From: an uncultured Bacilli bacterium
Lineage (GTDB): Bacteria; Bacillota_I; Bacilli_A; RF39; UBA660
NCBI GenBank assembly: GCA_934162265.1
Contig: CAKPHZ010000003.1
Span: forward strand, 2,852 to 66,851
Reading direction: 5' to 3'
Length of the DNA stretch: 64,000 nucleotides
A program made the position numbers and the translations under genes. Numbering within the stretch: the stretch's first letter is position 1; each line of letters starts with the position of its first letter. Of the stretch, positions 56,908 to 64,000 are shown piece by piece. The notes under the pieces were generated by a model that ran no database searches, was not told where the DNA came from, and saw only the letters and a list, made by a program, of their open reading frames with translations.

Positions 56908-57767
56908 ATCTTTTCCCCCTTAATTACTAATACCATTAAATCTTCTAGTGTAATTTTATCTATTACGCAATTATGATATTTTTTACTTGCTTGTTTTTTA
57001 TCATTAACTAATACCTCATAAGCATATTTTGTTTTCTTATATGCGATAATATCTTTTTTATCAATATTTGAGAAATAATCAATATCACATTTTAAAATGC
57101 CATAGTTATCAATTATCTCATCTCTTGACTTTTGTAACACTTTTTTTCCTTTATCAATAAATATAATCTCATCTGCTATACGCTCTAAATCACTTGTTAT
57201 GTGTGTTGATAATAATATCGAATGCTCTTCATCTTCTATAAATTTTTGTAATACTTCTAATACTTCAGCTCTAACAACTGGATCTAATGCACTTGTTGGC
57301 TCATCTAATATTAGTAGTTTTGATTTATGAGAAATAGCTGTCACTATTTCTAACTTTTTTCTCATTCCTTTTGACATTGATTTTAAAGGTTTATTTTCTG
57401 GTAAATCAAACTCTTTTAAATAAGAAAAATACAATTTGCTATCCCAGTTTTTGTATATATCTTTCATAGAGCTATTTATATCTTTTGCATTTAATAATTC
57501 TGGAAAGAACATATTGTCTAAAACTACGCCTATATCTTCTTTTATTACTTTTTCTTCTTTTTTATAGTCCTTTCCAAATATTTTTATTTCTCCACTATCA
57601 ATCTTTATAATATTTAGTATCGACTTAATCAAAGTTGTTTTTCCTGCTCCATTTTCTCCAATAAGACCTACAATAACCCCTTTTGGTATTGATATATCTA
57701 TTTTACCAAGTTCAAATTTTTCATCATATTTCTTTTTTAAGTTTTTAATTTCAATAATATTTTCCAT
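56901..57767 (-). CDS. ABC transporter ATP-binding protein
   Basis: Walker A GENGAGKTT, signature MSKGMRKK and Walker B LLILDEP. Confidence 0.85.
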   Translation of the reverse strand: MENIIEIKNLKKKYDEKFELGKIDISIPKGVIVGLIGENGAGKTTLIKSILNIIKIDSGEIKIFGKDYKKEEKVIKEDIGVVLDNMFFPELLNAKDINSSMKDIYKNWDSKLYFSYLKEFDLPENKPLKSMSKGMRKKLEIVTAISHKSKLLILDEPTSALDPVVRAEVLEVLQKFIEDEEHSILLSTHITSDLERIADEIIFIDKGKKVLQKSRDEIIDNYGILKCDIDYFSNIDKKDIIAYKKTKYAYEVLVNDKKQASKKYHNCVIDKITLEDLMVLVIKGEKIC

Positions 57768-58145
57768 TTACTTATCCTCCCCATAAATCAATTTAAACAT
57801 TTCAATTACATCGTTTTCATCTATCTCGAATCTATTGGAAATAGCAACTATTTTTTCTATATAATCTTCTATATCCTTTTGTGCTTGTTCTTTTGCAATT
57901 TCTGTATTTTTAGGTGCCACAAAAGTCCCTTTTCCTTGTATAGATTTTAAATATCCCTCTTTTTCTAATTCATCATAGGCTTTTTTTATAGTCATAGCAC
58001 TTATTTTTATATCTTGTGCTAATACTCTGATAGATGGTAATAACTCATCTTCGTCCAGTTCTCCCTCTAGTATTTGATTTATAATAGTTTTTTTTATTTG
58101 TTCATATATCGGAACAGAACTACTATTACTAATAATCATCTTCAT
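57768..58145 (-). CDS. GntR-family (YtrA subfamily) transcriptional regulator
   Basis: 125 aa. PIYEQIKKTIINQILEGEL..LPSIRVLAQDIKISAMTIKKAYDELEKEGY. It is the first gene of the ABC operon. Confidence 0.85.
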   Translation of the reverse strand: MKMIISNSSSVPIYEQIKKTIINQILEGELDEDELLPSIRVLAQDIKISAMTIKKAYDELEKEGYLKSIQGKGTFVAPKNTEIAKEQAQKDIEDYIEKIVAISNRFEIDENDVIEMFKLIYGEDK

Positions 58146-58159
58146 ATTATCGCCTTCTT

Positions 58160-58176
58160 GTTATACAGTGTATAAC
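58160..58176. promoter_or_regulatory. Perfect 8-1-8 palindrome, candidate YtrA-type operator
   Basis: GTTATACA-G-TGTATAAC, 15 nt upstream of the gntR start. It overlaps a putative -10, and TTGACA lies on the minus strand at 58190-58195. Confidence 0.4.
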
Positions 58177-58259
58177 ACTATATAACTCTTGTCAATATTT
58201 TTGTTAAACTTTTTATCTATGGATACAAAAAAAACAGATATTCTCTGCTTTTCGTACCT

Positions 58260-58455
58260 CTATAAAATTATAATCTTTTCCTTCATTGATATTTCATCAA
58301 CTTCATATCCATATTTTTTTGATTCTTCCCTGTATGTTAAAAACGAATGATTTATATCAAACCCTAAAATATTTTTAATTTCTTCATAAGATAATTTATA
58401 ATTTTCTTTATTATTATCTTTTTAAATACTTCCATAATGGCTCATATTCACTCAT
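58260..58455 (-). pseudogene. Small ORF disrupted by a frameshift in an A-run
   Basis: The minus strand gives MSEYEPLWKYLKR-stop, then continues in the next frame as KDNNKENYKLSYEEIKNILGFDINHSFLTYREESKKYGYEVDEISMKEKIIIL. The total is 196 nt (3n+1) and the shift falls at TTAAAAAGAT. Confidence 0.35.
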
Positions 58456-58475
58456 TATTAACACCTCTATTGCTA

Positions 58476-58508
58476 TTTTTCTAATTAATTACTAAATTGT
58501 AATTTAGC
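58476..58508. promoter_or_regulatory. Palindrome-containing intergenic motif, copy 2
   Basis: TTTTTCTAATTAATTACTAAATTGTAATTTAGC, 29/32 identical to copy 3. Confidence 0.45.
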
Positions 58509-58617
58509 TAATAGTTGCAATTATAAATAAATCATTAGAGTTAATTAAATATTCTGCTTTGGGATCATTAGGTAATTCTCCATTATATGCAACCCAATAT
58601 TGAGAATTAGCATAATT

Positions 58618-58986
58618 TCATACTCCTGTTTTTTCGTAAGTCTTATATTTAATAGTTCTATCTTCTTGTGCTGATGATTTATCTCTTGTATCATCTTTTA
58701 ACAAATGGATCTTATTATTTCTAGCTTCGTACAATACATCAATTATAAAAATATCTCCCTCAACAGTTGATTGTACTACTCTAATATTGGTGATAGATAA
58801 TAAGTTCTCAAAATCAATCGAATCATATAATATATTTTCATCAATGCCAAATGATTTGGTATAAAGATTCAATGGGGATTCATCATTTAAATTTTTCCTT
58901 TGATAAATTTGTCTAGCATCTTTTATTAAATCAAAAATTGTGTTTTTTCCATTTCTCATGTAGTAATTTGACAAAATCAAATTCAT
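58618..58986 (-). CDS. Hypothetical protein, partner of the HEPN-motif gene
   Basis: 122 aa. Its start overlaps the upstream stop by 4 nt. Confidence 0.45.
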   Translation of the reverse strand: MNLILSNYYMRNGKNTIFDLIKDARQIYQRKNLNDESPLNLYTKSFGIDENILYDSIDFENLLSITNIRVVQSTVEGDIFIIDVLYEARNNKIHLLKDDTRDKSSAQEDRTIKYKTYEKTGV

Positions 58987-59867
58987 GTTAAAACTCTATC
59001 TTTTGTCCAAGAAAAAGGCATAACTTTATCTAATAGATGAGAAATTACATCATTTCCATTTTCTCCTATACTTTTCCAATATTTTAAATCTTCCTCTATT
59101 TTTATTTTTTGTGCTATAGAATAATGAATATCTTTATATTCCATACCATTTTCTAAGAAAAGTTTTTCATAGTTTTTAGTTTTATTATTGCTATTAATGT
59201 GTGAAATAATTATTTCTTTTTGTACATCAGTTAACTTTTTTCTAGCAAAAAATTTTCTTAGAAATATATTATTTAGCGTTTCATTAACATTTGATGAATT
59301 CAGTGAGATTGGTTTTGTTGAACGATTAGATATTATAATTATTGAATTAGTATTTTTTATTTCAAAACAGATTGACATTAATTCATTTATATCTAACATA
59401 ACATAAAATGGTATTGGTTTAGTATTTTTTAATAAAATCTCTATTTTTGTCTTTTCATTTTCAGTTCTAATAAATCTTACTAAATCATGACTAGGATTAT
59501 CATTATGATTGAGTGCATTCCTTATTAATTTAATTATTTGTCTGTTACTAAAATTTGATCTATCATTACTATTAATAAATATACTATCAGGAATACTAAT
59601 CTTATTTATACTAGATTCAAGTAAATTATCAAAATAGTTATCATACAAAGTTGTTAAAAATTTTGACAATAATAATATTTCATATATGGAAATCATTTCG
59701 TAATAATAATCTTTAATCGAATATTGTATTCTATTATCAACTTGCATATGATGTTTAAAAACTTCATAAAGTGGAACATCTTGATTCATAATTGTATATG
59801 TTAAAGTTCTATTATAATCTCTTAAATAAGTTGCAATTTCATATTTAGTAAATTCATGTTTTTCCAT
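58983..59867 (-). CDS. HEPN-motif (R-x4-H) protein, Abi-like candidate
   Basis: 294 aa with IIKLIRNALNHNDN, an RNxxxH pattern as found in HEPN RNases. Confidence 0.45.
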   Translation of the reverse strand: MEKHEFTKYEIATYLRDYNRTLTYTIMNQDVPLYEVFKHHMQVDNRIQYSIKDYYYEMISIYEILLLSKFLTTLYDNYFDNLLESSINKISIPDSIFINSNDRSNFSNRQIIKLIRNALNHNDNPSHDLVRFIRTENEKTKIEILLKNTKPIPFYVMLDINELMSICFEIKNTNSIIIISNRSTKPISLNSSNVNETLNNIFLRKFFARKKLTDVQKEIIISHINSNNKTKNYEKLFLENGMEYKDIHYSIAQKIKIEEDLKYWKSIGENGNDVISHLLDKVMPFSWTKDRVLT

Positions 59868-59968
59868 ATTTTCACAGACCTTGTTATACCCATTATACTA
59901 CAGATTTTTAAAATAATTTGTTCAGAATATTATTTATTTTATGAAAAATTTATTTTCTCAAATTCCTA

Positions 59969-60000
59969 TTTTTCTAACTAATTATTAAATTGTAATTTAA
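59969..60000. promoter_or_regulatory. Palindrome-containing intergenic motif, copy 3
   Basis: TTTTTCTAACTAATTATTAAATTGTAATTTAA, containing the 7-2-7 palindrome TTAAATT-GT-AATTTAA. Confidence 0.45.
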
Positions 60001-60840
60001 TTATTGCTTTAAAATATTTGTAATAGCATTTGAACAATCATCTTTAATACATATTGCCTTATTCTTTAATTCATAAGCTATATCGTTATATTTATCATTT
60101 ATTCTTATTAATGTAACATTATCATGTGTATATGCTAATTTTTCAAATGGAAATCTAACAATTCCAGGTGTATTAAATCCGACACCTAATTCGATTAAAA
60201 TTAATTTTTTATTTATATTATCATGAATAAACGCTTCATAATTATTGCTAAGTCTATTCCAATTATCATCTTCAACAAAGAATGCATCTTTTCTAATATT
60301 TATCTCCATTTTTGCTCCACATACAGGGCAATATGGTATGAGGTTGCTATCAATTCTTAAGTTGTCTTTAGATTTCAGCATTTTTTTAACCAATTCAGTA
60401 TCATCATATAATTTATTATGGCAACCTTTAGAACATTGCATTTTTCCATAACTACCTTGAACTTCAAATACTTTATCATGTTCAAAACCAGATTTCTCAA
60501 ATTGCCCATCGACATTTGTAGTAATAACAAAATAGTTTTTATCTTTTACTATTTCTAATAATTCTTTATATGCCCTTAATGGAGGTGGAGCAATAAATGA
60601 ATAGTTAATGTGTTTTGCCCAATAACTCCATCTTTCTTCTTCGGTATTAAAATTATAAAAACTAGATGTATACATATCTATCATACCATAATTATTCACT
60701 AGTTCAGGAAAATTCTTTTTAAAATTTTCTCTTGAATAATCAATTCCTGCTGATGCTGATAATCCAGCTCCTGCACCAATAATAATTGCATCTGCACTTT
60801 TTATTAAATCTTTAATTTTTAAATAATTTTCTGTATTCAT
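60001..60840 (-). CDS. Sirtuin-family protein, class M (SirTM)-like
   Basis: IIIGAGAGLSASAGIDYS, TTNVDGQFEKSG and a zinc ribbon CSKGCH...CPVCG. The sequence reads FEVQGS where canonical sirtuins have HG. The start was chosen at MNTENY. Confidence 0.7.
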   Translation of the reverse strand: MNTENYLKIKDLIKSADAIIIGAGAGLSASAGIDYSRENFKKNFPELVNNYGMIDMYTSSFYNFNTEEERWSYWAKHINYSFIAPPPLRAYKELLEIVKDKNYFVITTNVDGQFEKSGFEHDKVFEVQGSYGKMQCSKGCHNKLYDDTELVKKMLKSKDNLRIDSNLIPYCPVCGAKMEINIRKDAFFVEDDNWNRLSNNYEAFIHDNINKKLILIELGVGFNTPGIVRFPFEKLAYTHDNVTLIRINDKYNDIAYELKNKAICIKDDCSNAITNILKQ

Positions 60841-61576
60841 TGTAATCACTCTCACTAAAAACATTAAATATAATTTTTATATTTGTTTTATACTTACTTA
60901 GTACTTCTTTAACTGAGTTATAGGCAACTATTTTTGCCTTATTTATTGAATAACCAAATAGTCCTGTTGATATACTTGGAAAAGCGATAGAATTATAACC
61001 ATTCTTAATCGCATACTCTAAAGAATTTTTGTAACAATTAGATAAATCTAATTCGTTTTGTTTTGTTACTTCATTTAAAATTTCTGGTCCTACCGTTGTA
61101 ATTACTTTTTTACTAGGTAAGTTATAAGCATTACAAATAATTATCTCACCAGCAGAAAGTTCTTTACCTTTTAAAATTTCATTACATTCAAGTCTTAATC
61201 TCATGCCTGCATTAGTATGAATTACATTATCTACACAAACATGACTTGGATTAAAACAACCTAAGCCATCTTTGTTACCAGCATTAACAATAACATCACA
61301 CTTTAAAGTAGTAATATCTCCTTGCCACAAAATTATATTATCTTCATTTTTCTTTAAAGAATTAACGTCAACTACTTTTTTATCTTTTAATTCTAAACTT
61401 AAATATTCATCTTCTAACTTTAAAATTTCTTCATTTATTGGTTTAGGCAATCTTATATTAACAAGTGTCTTATACAATTTTTTTAAACTTTCATAAGAAT
61501 TAGGTACCTTAACATCATAATTATTTTCCTGAATTAAATATTCTATAATCTTTAATAACAATTTTTCTTTGCTCAT
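60812..61576 (-). CDS. Macro-domain protein (ADP-ribose binding / hydrolase)
   Basis: ILWQGDITTLKCDVIVNAGN, TNAGMRL and SIAFPSISTGLFGY. Confidence 0.85.
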   Translation of the reverse strand: MSKEKLLLKIIEYLIQENNYDVKVPNSYESLKKLYKTLVNIRLPKPINEEILKLEDEYLSLELKDKKVVDVNSLKKNEDNIILWQGDITTLKCDVIVNAGNKDGLGCFNPSHVCVDNVIHTNAGMRLRLECNEILKGKELSAGEIIICNAYNLPSKKVITTVGPEILNEVTKQNELDLSNCYKNSLEYAIKNGYNSIAFPSISTGLFGYSINKAKIVAYNSVKEVLSKYKTNIKIIFNVFSESDYNEYRKLFKN

Positions 61577-61890
61577 TTTTGCTCCTTATACTTAATACCA
61601 AATTCTTTCATCATATCAAGAACACCTTTAAGTTCCATACCTTTTTCAGTTAGTGAATATTCTACTTTTGGTGGAACAACAGGATAGACTCTTCTTTTGA
61701 CTATTCCATCATTCTCTAAATCTTTTAAATTTTGTGTTAAAACCTTTGCCGATATCCCAACAACAGATCTATTAAGTTCATTATATCTTTTTGTACCAGT
61801 AATTAAATCTCTTAAAATTAAAACTTTCCATTTATTCGAAATAATAGATGCCGTATATTCAACAGGACAATTTGTATAAACTTTAGCCAT
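61573..61890 (-). CDS. HxlR-family transcriptional regulator
   Basis: CPVEYTASIISNKWKVLILRDL..., RYNELNRSVVGISAKVLTQNLKDLENDGIV. Confidence 0.8.
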   Translation of the reverse strand: MAKVYTNCPVEYTASIISNKWKVLILRDLITGTKRYNELNRSVVGISAKVLTQNLKDLENDGIVKRRVYPVVPPKVEYSLTEKGMELKGVLDMMKEFGIKYKEQK

Positions 61891-61934
61891 AATTATCAAC
61901 TCCTGTTCTCATTATATCATTATATGTTACTTTT

Positions 61935-61960
61935 AGTAAGTACGCACTTTTTGGTAAGTA
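61935..61960. promoter_or_regulatory. GTAAGTA/TGCACTTTT motif upstream of the hxlR operon
   Basis: AGTAAGTACGCACTTTTTGGTAAGTA. A related copy lies at 62865-62905. Confidence 0.35.
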
Positions 61961-61991
61961 TTAAAAAAGTGAATTTTACTTCACTTTATAA

Positions 61992-62783
61992 TTATTCTCC
62001 AAAGAAGAAACCAGCTGTCATTTCAAGGTAATTAACACCACTATAATTTGGATATTCTTCTTTAACTTTTTCTATCATTTCATCTTTATTTTTACAAGTA
62101 CTTGCAATATTTAATAAAGTTTCAATATATGATATCTTTGTATCAACTGCTTTAATATCTTCTGGAATATAATGTGATGTTAAAATTAAATTATAATTTT
62201 TTTCTATATATCCCTTTAATGTATCAACCATAGCATTTGCGTGAGTTGCACCAGCAATAATAGAATGACAATCACTACCTAACATATGAGTATATATAGA
62301 ATTTATTTCTGGTATTTCAATATCAAAAGCATCGCTCGTTGGAATAATATTCATTTTTATATCTGCTAGAGTAATAGTTCCGCCATTAATATAATCAGTT
62401 ACATGATGTATATTATTATCAAATGACTCTCCAAATGCCTTTGTAAAATTATCAACTAATGCTTTTCCTCCACCAATATGTCCATATTCATCAGCCTTTT
62501 TAGTAGCATATTTTTTAGAATCTTTTAAGAATGTTCCTCCTCCCATGTGATATGAAAGTAATACACCATCAAGTTTTACTCCCAATGATTCAATATATTT
62601 TTCTAATTCTTTATTATTGTCATAGAATGCAGGCGATTCAATAACAACTACCTTTTTATTTTTTTCAAGTAAAATTACTTGGTCATCAATATAATCTGCC
62701 GTATTATAATTATGAACTTTTACATCTCCAAAATCATAAACTAAAACATATCCTTTATCTAAATTTATCTTTTTATTTTTCAT
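61992..62783 (-). CDS. Hypothetical protein
   Basis: 263-aa ORF with a loose metallo-hydrolase-like impression only. Confidence 0.45.
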   Translation of the reverse strand: MKNKKINLDKGYVLVYDFGDVKVHNYNTADYIDDQVILLEKNKKVVVIESPAFYDNNKELEKYIESLGVKLDGVLLSYHMGGGTFLKDSKKYATKKADEYGHIGGGKALVDNFTKAFGESFDNNIHHVTDYINGGTITLADIKMNIIPTSDAFDIEIPEINSIYTHMLGSDCHSIIAGATHANAMVDTLKGYIEKNYNLILTSHYIPEDIKAVDTKISYIETLLNIASTCKNKDEMIEKVKEEYPNYSGVNYLEMTAGFFFGE

Positions 62784-62864
62784 TTTTATTTCCTCCTATT
62801 TTTTTGTTCAAAGAGGTGTGCACTTTTCCTTGACAATTAAATTATAGAATAATGAAAAAGAAAA

Positions 62865-62905
62865 AGTAAGTATGCACTTTTTTGTTAGATACTTACTTTT
62901 TGGTA
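62865..62905. promoter_or_regulatory. GTAAGTA...TACTTAC inverted repeat with TGCACTTTT, upstream of 61992-62783
   Basis: AGTAAGTATGCACTTTTTTGTTAGATACTTACTTTTTGGTA overlaps a minus-strand promoter (TTACTT, 17-nt spacer, TATAAT). Confidence 0.35.
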
Positions 62906-63185
62906 TAAATTTAATTAAAATAAGGTTTTAGCGAATAAATTTTTTTATAATTCATATAATTCTCCTTACTTTTTAATATATTTTATTATACCAAATTTCT
63001 TACGAAAAGTCTATAATTTAGAGAAATTTGGTAATCTTTATTTTTAATATTTTTCTTTAATTAATTTAATTATTTCTTTTAATTTTTTAATATTATTTTC
63101 GTATCTATAAACATCTATTTTATCACAGAAAAAGAGAAATATTTCATTCTCTTAATATCTTAATCTTACGATTACTCATAAATTT

Positions 63186-63587
63186 TTATTTATCGATTTT
63201 TTCAAACAAAACATATTCATTATCATACTTTAATATTATGTATTTTTCTGATTTATCATAAACTTCTGCATTTAATAATTCCTTTGTATTAGTTTCATTA
63301 TCTAATTTAGGAACGTACTTATTAGGTATTAGTTTATCTATAACACCTATTTTTTGCGTACCACCAGCATAATCAATAACCCCATTGGCCTTACCATATA
63401 ATACTCCATCAAACATAACTAAAACTTCTATTGATGCATAATCAACTTTTCCTAAATCAGTAACTAATTCATAGCCATCATATTTATTGTTCTCAGATGA
63501 TTTTTCTTTTTTTGTAAATCCACATCCTGTAATAGAAAATAATGTAATAAGCATTATTAAGCATAAAATAATATTTTTCTTTTTCAT
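63186..63587 (-). CDS. Lipoprotein
   Basis: Signal peptide with the lipobox LFSITGC. Confidence 0.6.
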   Translation of the reverse strand: MKKKNIILCLIMLITLFSITGCGFTKKEKSSENNKYDGYELVTDLGKVDYASIEVLVMFDGVLYGKANGVIDYAGGTQKIGVIDKLIPNKYVPKLDNETNTKELLNAEVYDKSEKYIILKYDNEYVLFEKIDK

Positions 63588-63722
63588 AAGTCCTCCTACA
63601 ACTCTATTATACTACATAATTACTAATTTTTATCATCAACTTAAATCATCGTAATATTACTAAAAAAAGATGAGATTATTTCTCACCTTAATGTACGTGA
63701 ATATCTTAATATTCTGATTGTT

Positions 63723-63974
63723 TTATTTTTCTCTTTTTATAAATAATATTATTAATATAACTGTAATTATAATAATTAATAATGGTGCTATTCTAAAAAA
63801 TATCCACTCAAATGAATGCCATAAAGTTCCAATTACAGACCACTCTGGATCACTATAATCCCATGATTGATATGGACTTCCTAATATTGCTAATAAGATA
63901 AATAATAATACAAAACATATATCAAAAATTATTAATGTATTAACTAACATTTTTCTTTTTTGCTTTTGTTTCAT
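63723..63974 (-). CDS. Small membrane protein
   Basis: 83 aa with two TM helices. Confidence 0.4.
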   Translation of the reverse strand: MKQKQKRKMLVNTLIIFDICFVLLFILLAILGSPYQSWDYSDPEWSVIGTLWHSFEWIFFRIAPLLIIIITVILIILFIKREK

Positions 63975-64000
63975 TGCTAATTGTTCATTAATGACTTCTA

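Noticed and set aside
60812-60864. 53-nt overlap between the macro-domain gene and the sirtuin ORF as given in the track (MFLVRVITMNTENY...).
   Set aside because: This is most likely a start-codon choice issue. Starting at MNTENY (60840) shortens the overlap, so it is not treated as a fusion or programmed frameshift.

Overview
This is an AT-rich, Bacillota-like chromosomal segment, judged by gene content and codon usage; the species cannot be named from sequence alone. The left ~12.5 kb is housekeeping: nth (partial), dnaD, cca, a Y-family polymerase, tex and a tRNA-Gly(GCC). Three accessory blocks follow. (1) A ~7.2 kb integrated filamentous-phage (inovirus)-like prophage sits in the 3' end of the tRNA-Gly, between 22-bp att repeats. 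It carries a tyrosine integrase, a pMV158/RepB-type rolling-circle Rep, a hairpin whose loop holds the exact TACTACGAC nick motif, a Zot-like assembly ATPase, a major-coat-like peptide and two secreted pIII-like proteins. (2) A 10,850-bp element bounded by a large serine recombinase interrupts a BclA-like collagen-repeat gene in frame. Its ends reconstruct a 57-bp palindromic attP, and precise excision would restore the reading frame. The cargo is two GreA-like paralogs, an HTH-WYL regulator and an eight-gene operon: VUT/YhhQ-type 7-deazaguanine-precursor transporter, Gpt-like phosphoribosyltransferase, guanylate kinase, FemAB-type aminoacyl transferase, TMK-like kinase fused to a SAM methyltransferase, Ham1/ITPase, a DegT-like PLP enzyme and an unknown protein. 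I consider this operon the best candidate for an undescribed system, either purine-analogue nucleotide synthesis and tailoring or a nucleotide-based defence. (3) A long minus-strand accessory run holds GNATs, tag, large orphan proteins, a JAB-like plus transglutaminase-like pair, a YtrA-type ABC operon, a HEPN-motif two-gene module, an HxlR-macro-SirTM-like operon and a thrice-repeated palindromic intergenic motif. All functional calls come from motif recognition by eye. No database search was run.
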